Source: Prorocentrum cordatum (Eukaryota). From it: a DNA stretch of 55,046 nucleotides. Shown piece after piece: positions 36,306-48,089 of this stretch. Both the position numbers and the translations under genes were made by a program. The stretch covers positions 62,001-117,046 of the forward strand of contig CAUYUJ010000188.1 in assembly GCA_963575745.1 (NCBI GenBank). The letters are read 5' to 3'. Numbering within the stretch: the stretch's first letter is position 1; each line of letters begins with the position of its first letter. Below the pieces are notes generated by a model that was not told the origin of the DNA, did not search any database, and saw nothing but the letters and a program-made list of their open reading frames with translations.

Positions 36306-37920
36306 GATCGTCACCTCCTCCTTCTCCTCCTCCTCCCACCTCCCTCCTCCTCCTCCTCCCCCTCCTCCTCCTCCTCCGCCTCCTCCTCCTCCTCCTCCTC
36401 CCCCCTCCCTCCCTCCCTACTCCATGTCCTCCTCCTCCTCCTCCTCCTCCTCCTCCTCTTCCTCCCCCTCCTCCCCCTCCTCCCACTCCTCCTCCTCCTC
36501 AAGCACAGGGGGGCCCGAGGCGCGTGTCGCACCCATTTGGGCTCACACTTGCCATGGGACCCCTAGCTCCGTGCCTCCACGTCGGCGCTTGAGGGGCACT
36601 GGGTAGCATCCTTCGTCTTTTGAATTGGTATTGTGGGGCGGTCTGTGGAGGAGGCGATCCCTCTTGGGGGTTGCCCGATGACCAGTGGTGTTTGCACATC
36701 ATTGAATAAGAGCCGCATCGAGCCGATTTCACCTCAGCTGAACTGTTGTCAATCCCTTTGGTTTGGGACAGTTGTCCCAGTGGCTAAACGGAGCGAATTT
36801 CGATCGATGTATGGTGTGTTTCTTTCTGGGAGCTGCAGCACAGCATTATCTTATGTTTTGCTGCGCGTATCATTCTGGGCTTCATTCCTGCACGTGTTCT
36901 TCGGCATCCATCCCAGGCGCCAGGGACAGTGGGAGCCTTTGCGCACTGACCCAACGCCTCCCGCCTGGGTGTACCAGTTCGTGCCCTCGCTCTGCAAGCT
37001 GTTTTGTTTGCTGGGGCGGGGCGGAGTACCTACAGCCGATTCGTGTCATGGGAGTTGCTGCGCAGTGGTGTCTTTCAGCATGCTGGACAGATTCTTCTGG
37101 CTCTTACGTTCCTGCTCTGTCTATTCGATATCCATCCCAGGCGGCAGGGACAGTGGGAGCCCACGTGCACTGACCCAACGCCTCCCGCCTGGGTGTACTT
37201 CAATGGATGGTTGTGCTTGGGCAAATGGTTTTTCCCTAGCAAGGGGTATTCTGCGCATCTCGTTATCCAAGTGTTGTGGTTTGCATGTCGGCGCAGATGC
37301 GTGGCTCTTTGTCACATCGACTCGCGATGTGGGTCATACGCTTTGTCTGGCAAGGCGGGTGGAGATTTTCAGTATCAGCATGGGGTGAGGGAGTGAACAA
37401 CGTTGCTGTATCTGATTCATTCTGGGGTGTGGCGTGTTGGAGGTACTCATTTACGGCATCTACGTGTTCCGTAAGCTTCAGCCGTCAGGTCTGATGGTCA
37501 TGCCCTTCGATCTGTTTCTCTCAGCGCTGGAATATCAAGAGTTCGTCGTCGAGTCCTTCCTTTTCGCCGCGGGCTCAGAGAGGGTCAGCGTCAAGTGTGA
37601 TTCGCTTCGCGATAGATCCATTCCATTCCGTTCCCACTCCTCCTCCTCCTCCTCCTCCTCCTCCTCCTCCTCCTCCTCCTCCCCCTCCTCCACCCCCTTC
37701 CTGCCCCTCCCACCTGCGCGTGCACCCTACTGAAGGGGCAACGATGGGCGGGGGGGGACTGGCATAGGGGGGAGGACACCTCGACCTGGAATCGGCGATG
37801 CCTCGCCCACGGATCGGCGATAGGCCCCCGATCGTGACTCCGCAAGATCCTGGGCAGGTTGGGGCTCTCGGGCCCCCGTCTGCGATCAATGGGCAATTGG
37901 GGGTCGATACGTCCCACCTA

Positions 37921-38108
37921 CGGCGGGTTTGTGTCGTGACGACCCTGGCGATGGTTTATGACACCGCACCGATCGTTCAACCTTGAACGATCGACGGTTT
38001 TCCGATCGCCCGATCGTTCCGTGTAGGCCGATTCTGGGCCACTGGCAGCGTTCAACCTTGAACGCCCGCAGCGGGGTCGCCGCTGGTCGACACGACACGA
38101 ACCTACCG
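37921..38108. mobile_element. MITE family A, copy 2 (internally deleted)
   Basis: TA|CGGCGGGTTTGTGTCGTG...CACGACACGAACCTACCG|TA. It shares internal blocks (GATCGTTCAACC, CCGATTCTGGGCC, GCGGGGTCGC) with 958-1300. Confidence 0.8.
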
Positions 38109-38110
38109 TA

Positions 38111-38297
38111 CCCAGAGATCCGATGTCGTGATTTGTTCCATGCGGGGCCCCCAAAAGTCTCGACCCGTGCCCCAGGACCGGCTCTTCCTCCCGAGCCTCG
38201 TTTTTGGAACGGTCCCCGGGCACGGCGAGGACCCCTGGAGATCCGAACACAGCGAAAACCCTCCGCTTTGATTCTTTCAACACGTCGGATCTCTGGG
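38111..38297. mobile_element. MITE family B (~187 bp, 13-bp TIR CCCAGAGATCCGA)
   Basis: CCCAGAGATCCGA...TCGGATCTCTGGG. Further copies are at 38786-38971 (inverted), ~38997-39179 (diverged), 39180-39365 and 41663-41852. Confidence 0.82.
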
Positions 38298-38437
38298 CAT
38301 GCCTGCCCCCCACCCATCGTGGCTCCTGACCTCACCCCGGCGAGGGGGCGCGGGAGGCGCAGGGGGCGCAGGGGGCGCTCGCCACCTGGACCTCCCCCCA
38401 TGGAGGCCTCCTAGACGGGGTCGCGGGATCGCGCCGC

Positions 38438-38560
38438 ATCGGCGATGCATCGGCGATGCACTGGCGATGCATCGGCGATGCACTGGCGATGCATCGGCGA
38501 CGTCCGCGTGAAGCAAATCGGGCCCCACGTCGAGCCCCATCACGGCGATGCATCGGAGAT
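38438..38560. repeat. 11-bp repeat ATCGGCGATGC downstream of the RPN5 stop
   Basis: Direct inspection. Confidence 0.8.
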
Positions 38561-38711
38561 GCGGCGCGATCCTCCGGCCCCAATCTGCTCCGACCCCATC
38601 TAGGAGGCCCAGGCCCCACCCCCGCGGAAGAGAGGCAACGCCTTCCTATGCCCGCTGCGCGCCGCTGGCGCGCCGGGAAGGGGGGGGGTGCAGAGCTGCG
38701 GGCTTCTCCGC

Positions 38712-38759
38712 TCATTTCTTGGGCTTCAGCTTCGAGCGCGCGGCGTGGATCATCTGCTC
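38712..38759 (-). CDS. RPN5: RPN5/PSMD12 terminal exon (EQMIHAARSKLKPKK-stop)
   Basis: It follows a pyrimidine tract and an AG acceptor (ccttcctcgtggAG|GAGCAGATGATCCAC). Joining in phase 0 gives HLIQK-EQMIH, which matches the family C-terminal pattern (human HLIAKEEMIH). The total is 458 aa, the expected size. Confidence 0.88.
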   Translation of the reverse strand, partial: EQMIHAARSKLKPKK

Positions 38760-38785
38760 CTCCACGAGGAAGGGGAGGAGGAGGA

Positions 38786-39365
38786 CCCAGAGGTCCGACG
38801 TGTTGAAAAAATCAAAACGGAGGGCTTTCGCTGTGTTCGGATCTCTAGGGGCCCTCGCCGGGCCCGGGGACCGTCCAAAATCGAGGCTCAGGATGAAAAA
38901 CCGGTCCTGGGGCACGGGTCGAGACTTCCCGGCACCCCGCATCGAAAAAAACACGAAATCGGATCTCTGGGTCCACGAGGAAGCGGATGAGGAGGACCCA
39001 AAGATCCGACGCTCAAACAAAAGTTGGAGCGGCGGGATGTCGGCCGTTTTCGGCAGGCCCCCGGGGCCATTGCCGGGCCTCGGGAGCGTGAAAAAAACGA
39101 CTCGGAACGAAAAACTGGCCCTGGGAAGTGGTCTGGACCTCCGGGGCCCACGCATCGAAAAAATTCGAGCGCGGCCAGACCCAGAGATCCGATGTCGTGT
39201 TTTTTTCGATACGGGGTCCCCAGAATGAAGTCTCGTCCCCTTCCCCAGGACCGGTTCTTCATCCTGAGTCGTTGTTTGACGGTCCTGGAAACCGGCGAGG
39301 GCCCCCAGAGGCCGAAAAATGCGAAAAAGCCCCGTCTTGATTTTTTCAATGCGTTGGATTTCTGG
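38786..39365. mobile_element. Cluster of three family-B MITE copies at the 3' end of the RPN5 intron
   Basis: Repeated CCCA(G/A)AG(A/G)TCCGA termini, and internal similarity to 38111-38297 in both orientations. Confidence 0.75.
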
Positions 39366-39384
39366 GGTCTGGGGACTCTGGGGT

Positions 39385-40875
39385 GGCTGCGATCTGTGAA
39401 ACTGTCGCCACTTTCGAGGGCTGCTGGTGGGTCCAGCGGAGTGAGGCACCACGGGGATTCAGATTAGACCTTGCCATCCCTGGGGGCTGGTGGGCTGCGA
39501 TCTGTAAAACTGTCGCCACTTTTGAGGGCTGCTGGTGGGTCCAGCGGAGTGAGGCACCACGGGGATTCAGATTAGACCTCGCCATCTCTGGGGGTGGGCT
39601 GCGATCTCTGAAACTGCTGTCGCCACTTTCGAGGGCTGCTGGTGGGTCCAGCGGAGTAAGGCACCACGGGGATTCAGATTAGACCTCGCCATCTGTGGGG
39701 GGCTGCGATCTGTGAAACTGTCGCCACTTTCGAGGGCTGCAGGTGGGTCCAGCGGAGTGAGGCACCACGGGGATTCAGATTAGACCTCGCCATCCCTGGG
39801 GGGGCTGCGATCTGTGAAACTGTCGCCACTTTCGAGGGCTGCTGGTGGGTCCAGCGGAGTGAGGCACCACGGGGACTCAGATTAGAACTCGCCATCTCTG
39901 GGGGTGGCTGCGATCTGTGAAACTGTCACCACTTTCGAGGGCTGCTGGTGGGTCCAGCGGAGTGAGGCACCACGCGGACTCAGATTAGACCTCGCCATCT
40001 CTGGGGGGCTGCGATCTGTGAAACTGTCGCCACTTTCGAGGGCTGCTGGTGGGTCCAGCGGAGTGAGGCACCACGGGGATTCAGATTAGACCTCGCCATC
40101 TGTGGGGGCTGCGATCTGTGAAACTGTCGCCACTTTCGAGGGCTGCTGGTGGGTCCAGCGGAGTGAGGCCCCACGGGGACGGGGACTCAGATTAGACCTC
40201 GCCATCCCTGGGGGGGCTGCGATCTGTGAAACTGTCACCACTTTCGAGGGCTGCTGGGAGGCCCAGCGGAGTGAGGCACCACGGGGACTCAGATTAGATC
40301 TCGCCATTCCTGGGGGACTGCGATCTGTGATGTGAAACCGTCGCCACTTTCGAGGGCTGCTGGGGGGCCCAGCGGAGTGAGGCCCCACGGGGACTCAGAT
40401 TAGACCTCGCCATCTCTGGGGGGCTGCGATCTGCGAAATTGTCGCCACTTCCGAGGGCTGCTGGGGTGACCAGCGGAGTGAGCCCCCACGGGGACTCAGA
40501 TTAGACCTCGCCATCGCTGGGGGGGGCTGCGATTTGCGAAATTGTCGCCAGTTTCGAGGGCTGCTGGGGGGGGCAGCGGAGTGGGGTACTCAGATTCGAC
40601 CTCGCCATTCCTGGGGGACTGCGATTTGCGAAACCGTCGCCACTTTCGATGGCTGCTGGGGGGTCAGCGGAGTGGGTCCTACGCAGACTCAGGCTAGACT
40701 TCGCCATCCCCGAAGGGCTGCGATCTGCGAAACTGTCGCCACTTTCGAGGGCTGCTGGAGGGCCCAGCGGAGTGGGGACATATTCGGATTCAGATTAGAC
40801 CTCGCCATCCTTGGGGGGCTGCGATCTGCGAAACTGTCACCACTTTCGAGGGCTGCTGGGTGGCCCAGCGGAGTG
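39385..40875 (+). repeat. ~103-bp tandem array, about 15 units, inside the RPN5 intron
   Basis: Unit GGCTGCGATCTGTGAAACTGTCGCCACTTTCGAGGGCTGCTGGTGGGTCCAGCGGAGTGAGGCACCACGGGGATTCAGATTAGACCTCGCCATC. There are no unique spacers. Confidence 0.95.
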
Positions 40876-41662
40876 ACGTCATACGCGAGCCTGGGGCTTT
40901 AATCCTCGTTCTTTCGATCGTCGTCCTGTGAGCCGTGCAATGCGTGCGCATCCCATGTAGTTTGCACAGCAATTCACATCGCCTACATTATCGTTGTTCC
41001 TGCTAATGTTGGCCTACTCCTCTTGCCACTTGATGCACGTGGGTTGGGTACGTCGCAGGGTAATTTCAATGCGTTGGATTTCTGGGGTCTGGGGATGTCT
41101 GGGGAGGAGGAGCGAGGCCCTGTGCGAAAGAAAACTTCGGGCTGGGAGGAGAGCCTCGAGCCTCGAGGCCAGCCCGACGACCGACCGACCGACCGGCCCG
41201 GCGCCGCTGCGCGGCAGAAGCGGCCGGCCTGACACTGCCGCAGCCCAGTTCGGCGAACGCTCTTCCCTGTTACCCTGGCGACTCCCTTTTTCCGAGCCGG
41301 GCGCCTTCGCCCTCCTACAGGTCCTGGGACCCTCACAGATCGGTCCGGCTCGAAAGGTGGCGCAGCAAGATTGGCTCTTGTGCTCCGGGCGCGGCTTTTC
41401 ACGGTGTTGCGTTTTTTGTTCGCTATACTTCGGATCTCAGGGGGCCTGGGCCGCGGCCCAGCTCGGCGAGCGTCGCTTTCTGGGACGCCCCGCGGGGCTC
41501 GCCGCGCACGGGCACGACCAGCCTCGGCCAGCGACGCCAGCAGACTTGCAGACCGACCGACCCGGACCGGCCCGACCAGACCGCAACGCCACAGACCCGA
41601 CCGACCAGCCTGGGAAGAGGCCTGGAGTATCAATGAAACGCCGCGGCCTGCGTTCGGCGGTG

Positions 41663-41852
41663 CCCAGAGATCCGACGTCGTGATTTGTCCATGCGGGGTC
41701 CCCGGAAGTCTCGACCCATGCCCCAGCACCGGTTCTTTATCCTGAGCCTCGTTTCTGGACGGTCCCGGGGCCCGGCGAGGGCCCCTGGAGACCGAAAATC
41801 GCAAAAAAAAAAATCCTCCGCTTTGATTCTTTCAACACGTCGGATCTCTGGG
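41663..41852. mobile_element. MITE family B copy
   Basis: TG|CCCAGAGATCCGACG...CGTCGGATCTCTGGG|TG. Confidence 0.82.
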
Positions 41853-42206
41853 TGTGTCCGTCCTCCTGGCTGGGCGAGTTGTCGGGGATGGACAGAACCC
41901 CCTTTAGTAAAACGTGGTTTAGTGAAAACGACCTGAGGCCCAAACCTGGCGGGCGCAAACCTGGAAAATAACGGCCGCGGCGCCATCTCGAGAACCGAAA
42001 ACGGACAATTCACTAATCGACGTGTCACTGTTGGGGGTTCTGTCCGCCCCCGAAGTTGGGCACAGACCCCGAGCGCGGGCCCAGGCTCGGCCCGGCCGCG
42101 GCCGCTGCAGGTGCGGGAAGCGGCTTCCTGCGAGTGCCAGAGCGGCAGAGGGGAAACGGACTGGACTTCCACCGCGGAAGGGCACTCCCCGTCACTCCGC
42201 TGCGGG

Positions 42207-42382
42207 CCCTGAGATCCTGGCGACTCGCTTTTTTCGAGCCGCGCGGCTTCGCCTTTTTTGTCGGGCCCTGGGGCCCTCACAGATCGATCCCGCTCGGAGA
42301 ATGACGCCGAAAGATGGGCTCTGGGGCTCCAGGCGCGGATTGTCACGGTGTTGCTACTTGTTCGCGGCGTCGGATCTCAGGG
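42207..42382. mobile_element. MITE related to family B (TIR CCCTGAGATCC), with a second truncated copy at ~41273-41443
   Basis: CCCTGAGATCC...GGATCTCAGGG. The internal blocks CCCTCACAGATCG and TCACGGTGTTGC are shared by both copies. Confidence 0.7.
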
Positions 42383-42479
42383 GACCCCGTGGCGTTCCCC
42401 GCTCCCTGTCCCCGGCTGGCGCCTGCCTGCACCCCCCCCCCCACCTGCACCGCCCCACGGGGCGAGGGAGGCCCCGATC

Positions 42480-43808
42480 CTTCTGTATGAGGTGGCAGGA
42501 GTTCTCCACGAGATCGAGCATCTTCGAGATGCTGCCCGACCAATCGTTGAGGCGGTCCGTGTACGTCTGCTTCTGCCCGAATTTGATCGTGCCGGCTGGC
42601 CTATCCATCTTCGCGTGGACAAACTTCGAGCACACCAGTTCGGAGAGCTCGGCCTCGGCCTCCTGTTCGGTCAGGCCTATGAGTTCGCAGAGACGCTTCA
42701 TGTGGATCTGCTCGTAATACTCGGTGATGACCTTGATATTGTGCTGCACGACGCGCTTCCGGAGCAACTCCCAGCGCTTATCCGCGCCCTCGTGTGGGGA
42801 CTCCTGGAAGACTGGATGCGCCTTCAGCTCGGCCTCCTGCTCCAGGGGCCACGCCACAACCTCTTTCTTGAGGAAGATCTTGATGATCTGCTTGAACGCT
42901 GGGACCTTGTCCAGCTTCTTCTTCTCGAACGTGTCCAGCTTGTTGAGCATGTCGTCCTGCTCGTTGTCATATTTGGCCAGAGTCAGATAAAGCGTGTGTG
43001 CAGTCAGCGCCGCAGTCCACTTCGCCTCGTCTGCTTTCACAGTCGCCGTGTTGAAGATCGCAAGGTAGCACTTGCAGACGTTCATCATATCCTTCTCGTG
43101 AAGCCAATACTTGACCATGTACTCGTTGTACCGGATCTTCAGGTCCTGAAAGTCGTCCGCGTCGAGAAGCTTGGGGTTGATCTTTCTGCTGATGATCTGG
43201 GTCCTAACGAAATCCTTCTTCAGCAACACCAGCCGCATCTGGTTCAAGATGTACTCGGTCTTCTCTCTCCGCTCCATGGCACCGAATGCCTCGACCTGGA
43301 CCTCCTGCAGGAGGTTGGCGGCCTCCTCGATGTTGCCCTCGGCCTCTTTTATCTCCGCCTGCATCTGCGTCAGCTTCGCTTTCTCCACCTCGACGAAGAT
43401 CTTGCCATCGGTGACTTCATTGAGCGTGGCGATCAACTCGAGCTTCTTCTCCTTGTCCAGCCCCTCAAGCCATCCCATGGCGAGATGTACCATGTCCGTG
43501 ATCGCCCGCTTCAGCTGTCCGCGCTTCTTCGCCAACATCACGATGTGCTCGTGAAGCTTCGGCCAGTCCTTCTTGTCCCAATAGACCTGCACGATCTTCG
43601 ACAAGAGCTTCGAGGTGGAGATGCCATCCGAAGAGGTGCGGGTCTTCTTCTCCAAAACCAGCATCTCCTCCACGGCCTCTTCGATCCTGCCGGCCTTCGT
43701 CATGGTGTCCACCCGCGCGATGAGCTCTTCGCACTCTTTCCCATAATCCTCGGTCGCCTTTGGATCCTTGGCCAGATTCCCCAAAACTGGGTTCAGCTCC
43801 TCCGCCAT
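42480..43808 (-). CDS. RPN5: 26S proteasome non-ATPase regulatory subunit 12 (lid PCI subunit), exon 1 (443 codons)
   Basis: The translation from ATG 43808 has hallmark RPN5/PSMD12 segments: LEKKTRTSSD, LAKKRGQLKRAI, VTDGKIFVEVEKAKLT, LQEVQVEAFGAME, RTQIISRKI, KRVVQHNIKVITEYY, AKMDRPAG and LNDWSGSISKMLDLVENSCHLIQK. Similarity stops abruptly after HLIQK at AAG|GATCGG. The ORF-track start at 44189 adds non-homologous sequence from a MITE. Confidence 0.96.
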
Positions 43809-44008
43809 GCCTGGTGATCCTAGGCACCAGTGGGATATCGAATTTGGGCGGACGTCGGCTGCGCCTGCCCGCGCGAAGCCCAACACGCCTCCTCGAGCCG
43901 GCACGCCGTGCGGAGCGCTCCTCCTCTTCCTGGCTCCTGTGGCGCGCCCCTCCCTGGCAAGCTGCCTGTGCGCGCCAGAGGGGGTAGCCGCGACGACGCC
44001 TCCGGCTG

Positions 44009-44182
44009 CGGCAGGCTCGTGTCGTGACGACCCCAGCGCTGGCTGCTGACACAGCGTGGATCGATCCACCTCGAATGATCGGCGGCTCCTCGGTCGCCAG
44101 GTCGTTCCATGTTGGCCGATTCTGCGCCACTGGCGGCGTTCAACCTTGACCGCCCGCGGCGGGGTCGCAGACGACCCTGCCG
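44009..44182. mobile_element. MITE family A, copy 3, 200 nt upstream of the RPN5 ATG
   Basis: TG|CGGCAGGCTCGTGTCGTG...ACCCTGCCG|TG, with the same internal blocks as copies 1 and 2. Confidence 0.7.
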
Positions 44183-44646
44183 TGCCCACTGTGCGCAGAT
44201 GGTGATCAGCACCGCTGGCCCCCCGCCGCTGCAGACGCCGTGCCTGGGCTCGCGACAGCCGCTTGGGCTGCGCACGCCGCAGCCGAGTGCCGCTGCACCA
44301 GATCCGCCAGCGCGCAAATCGGCGGCGAGTCCGGGAGAGAAGAGAGAGGGGGCAGGCCTTTTCAGTGGTCGGCGGGGCTTCTCAAAAGCCATCTGGCCTT
44401 CTGTGAAGCCTCCGTGCCCTCCGTGTCTGACCCCCGCGTCAGGCGTGGCGCCGGCGCGGTGCCTGCGGTGAACCAGGTGTGCCCCGAGGGAGACTCGGAG
44501 GGGGACAGGAAGATGGTTTGAGGGGGGGTGCGGGTCGCATCGTGGCCCGACGCATGGGCGCGAACGGGAGGGGGCCATGGGATGAGCTTTTCAGGCGGGG
44601 CCGCGGAGTCTGGGAGATGTTATGAACCTGGCCATGACAATTGCCC

Positions 44647-44700
44647 TCACACACACACAGACACGCACACACACACAGACACGCACACACACACACACAG

Positions 44701-44736
<36 letters not shown>

Positions 44737-45227
44737 CCACACACAAACACACACACACACGCACACACGCACACACACACACACACACGCACACACACAC
44801 ACACACGCACACACGCGCACACGCACACGCGCGCACACACAGACACACACGCACTAACACACACACACACACACACACGCACAAACACAGACACAGACAC
44901 AGACACAGACACACACACACACAGACACTGACACTGAAACAGACACACACACACACACACACTCACACAAACGCACGCACGCTCACACGCACGCACGCAC
45001 ACGCACGCACGCACGCACGCACGCACGCACACCCACGCACACGCATACGCATACGCACACGCACACGCACACGCACACACACACACACGCACAAACACAC
45101 ACACACACACACACGCACAACACACACACACGCACAAACACAGACACTGACACAGACACGGACACAGACACAGACACAGACACACACACAGACACAGACA
45201 CTGACACAGACACAGACACACACACAT

Positions 45228-45261
<34 letters not shown>

Positions 45262-45448
45262 ACGCAAGCGCACAGGCACGCACGCACACGCACGCACGCA
45301 CGCACACGCACACGCACACGCATACGCACGCACACGCACACGCACACGCACACGCACACGCACACGCACACACGCACACACACACACACACGCACACGCA
45401 CACGCACACGCACACGCACACACACGCACAAACACACACACACACACA

Positions 45449-45524
<76 letters not shown>

Positions 45525-45554
45525 AACACGCACAAACACATATACACACGCACA

Positions 45555-45589
<35 letters not shown>

Positions 45590-45590
45590 G
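44647..45590 (+). repeat. Compound (CA)n/(CACG)n/(CAGA)n array
   Basis: Direct inspection. Confidence 0.97.
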
Positions 45591-46003
45591 CCCCCGAGGA
45601 GTGGACTCTGGACATCCTGGGGCTCCCCCGGGCAGGCTTTCTTCACCTCGAGCCGCCCCATGGCGCCCTCCATCGAGGCCTCCTCCTCCTCCCTCCTCCT
45701 TTTCCTCCTCCTCCTCCTCCTCCTCCTCCTCTTCCTCCTCCTCCTCCTCCTCCTCCTCCTCCTCCTCCTCCTCCTCCTCCCCTCCTCCTGGGGCCCCGAG
45801 AGGCCGAGGACTCCGCAACAGCCTGGGCCCCTTCCCCCCGTGGCCCTGCGCGCGGCCCGCGGCCTCCCGGCGGCTACTACTTGGCGGCCCCCGAGTCCCC
45901 AGAGGCCTCCGGGGGTGCAGAAGTCTCCCGGAGGCCCCCACGAGGAGCCCAGAAGCGTCGAACCCCCTCGAAGGCGAAGCCACGACGAGGCTCCAAATCG
46001 AGA

Positions 46004-48089
46004 AATCCGCCGACCCTGTCGGCGTGTGTGAGGGGCTTTTCCGTTCGAGCCGTCATCTCCGTCATTCTTTGTACTCGTCGTCTCTGTCCTTCCCTTTCCC
46101 TGGAGACCTCTTCCCCTGGGCTCCAGCCAAGCCGACCTTGAGCAACCTCGTAATTGAGTCGAAGGGAAGCCCCTTCCCTTTGATCCCTCCCCCGCCGGGA
46201 GGGGGGGGGGTAGCGACCCCCCCCGGGTCAGATACGACGCCCCCCCCTGGGACTCCTCTTCCCCTGGGCTCCAGCCAAGCCGACCTTGAGCAACCTCGTA
46301 ATTGAGTCGAAGGGAAGCCCCTTCCCTTTGATCCCTCCCCCGCCGGGAGGGGGGGGGGGTAGCGACCCCCCCCCCGGGTCAGATACGACGCCCCCCCCTG
46401 GGACTCCTCTTCCCCTGGGCTCCAGCCAAGCCGACCTTGAGCAACCTCGTAATTGAGTCGAAGGGAAGCCCCTTCCCTTTGATCCCTCCCCCGCCGGGAG
46501 GGGGGGGGGTAGCGACCCCCCCCCCGGGTCAGATACGACGCCCCCCCCTGGGACTCCTCTTCCCCTGGGCTCCAGCCAAGCCGACCTTGAGCAACCTCGC
46601 CAAGCCGACCTTGAGCAACCTCGTAATTGAGTCGAAGGGAGCCCCTTCCCTTTGATCCCTCCCCCGCCGGGAGGGGGGGGGGGGGGGTAGCGACCCCCCC
46701 CCCGGGTCAGATACGACGCCCCCCCCATTCTTTGTACTCGTCGTTTCTGTCCTTCCCTTTCCCTGGGAGACCTCTTCCCCTGGGCTCCAGCCAAGCCGAC
46801 CTTGAGCAACCTCGTAATTGAGTCGAAGGGAAGCCCCTTCCCTTTGATCCCTCCCCCGCCGGAGGGGGGGGGGGTAGCGACCCCCCCCCCCGGGTCAGAT
46901 ACGACGCCCCCCCCTGGGACTCCTCTTCCTCTGGGCTCCAGCCAAGCCGACCTTGAGCAACCTCGTAATTGAGTCGAAGGGAAGCCCCTTCCCTTTGATC
47001 CCTCCCCCGCCGGGAGGGGGGGGGGGGTAGCGACCCCCCCCCCCGGGTCAGATACGACGCCCCCCCTGGGACTCCTCTTCCCCTGGGCTCCAGCCAAGCC
47101 GACCTTGAGCAACCTCGTAATTGAGTCGAAGGGAAGCCCCTTCCCTTTGATCCCTCCCCCGCCGGGAGGGGGGGGGGGTAGCGACCCCCCCCCGGGTCAG
47201 TTACGAACGCCCCCCCCTGGGACTCCTCTTCCCCTGGGCTCCAGCCAAGCCGACCTTGAGCAACCTCGTAATTGAGTCGACGGGAAGCCCCTTCCCTTTG
47301 ATCCCTCCCCGCCGGGAGGGGGGGTGGGTAGCGACCCCCCCCCGGGTCAGATACGACGCCCCCCCCCCTGGGACTCCTCTTCCCCTGGGCTCCAGCCAAG
47401 CCGACCTTGAGCAACCTCGTAATTGAGTCGAAGGGAAGCCCCTTCCCTTTGATCCCTCCCCCGCCGGGAGGGGGGGGGGGGTAGCGACCCCCCCCCCGGG
47501 TCAGATACGACGCCCCCCCCTGGGACTCCTCTTCCCCTGGGCTCCAGCCAAGCCGACCTTGAGCAACCTCGTAATTGAGTCGAAGGGAAGCCCCTTCCCT
47601 TTGATCCCTCCCCCGCCGGGAGGGGGGGGGGGGTAGCGACCCCCCCCCCGGGTCAGATACGACGCCCCCCCCTGGGACTCCTCTTCCCCTGGGCTCCAGC
47701 CAAGCCGACCTTGAGCAACCTCGTAATTGAGTCGAAGGGAAGCCCCTTCCCTTTGATCCCTCCCCCGCCGGGAGGGGGGGGGGGGTAGCGGGGTGGGGTA
47801 GCGACCCCCCCCGAGTCAGATACGACGCCCCCCCCCCGTACCGACCTTGAGCAACGTCGTCATTGAGTCGAAGGGAAGCCCCTTCCCTTTCCGTTCCCCG
47901 ACGGGGGGGGGAGAGGAGGTCCCAGGGGGGGTCCCGGGGGAGTCCCGGGGAAGTCCCGGGTCAGATACGACACCTCCCTCCCCCACCTTCTCGTCCTTCT
48001 CCCCGTTCCCCCAAACCATCCCACAGCCCGTGCCTCTTGCTGCGCATTGCGAACAGGGTCGGCGGCACCGGCCGTCAGGCCTTCGCAAT
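46004..48089 (+). mobile_element. Non-autonomous Helentron/HINE-like element, copy 1, with an internal ~150-bp tandem array
   Basis: The left end is AAT-CCGCCGACCCTG (46007-46018). The right subterminal inverted copy CAGGGTCGGCGG (48054-48065) is followed by the mini-hairpin GGCC-GTCA-GGCC and TTCGCAAT. The superfamily call is by structural analogy only. Confidence 0.6.
46107..47890 (+). repeat. ~150-bp tandem array, about 11 full units plus a partial
   Basis: Unit CCTCTTCCCCTGGGCTCCAGCCAAGCCGACCTTGAGCAACCTCGTAATTGAGTCGAAGGGAAGCCCCTTCCCTTTGATCC...CAGATACGACG. Copies differ mostly in G/C run length. Confidence 0.95.

Larger units (their letters stand above)
38760..42479 (-). other. 3720-nt GA-AG intron of RPN5
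   Basis: The donor is AAG|GATCGG and the acceptor is GGAG|GAG, so AGGA occurs at both junctions. GA donors are established in dinoflagellates. Confidence 0.82.

Noticed and set aside
34813..36486. Long poly-Met/Ile/His/Ser ORFs here and at 9.1-10.2, 21.8-23.1, 44.4-46.0 and 49.5-50.7 kb
   Set aside because: These are translations of microsatellites that lack stops in some frames.
39385..40875. CRISPR-like periodicity (also 46107-47890)
   Set aside because: Units are contiguous, with no unique spacers and no cas genes, in a eukaryotic context.
42258..43817. 519-aa plus-strand ORF
   Set aside because: It is the antisense shadow of the GC3-biased RPN5 exon.
43809..44189. N-terminal extension of RPN5 in the ORF track, or an SL relict upstream of RPN5
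   Set aside because: The extension runs through a MITE and has no similarity to the family. I found no SL relict upstream, so the retrogene idea for RPN5 rests on exon structure only.
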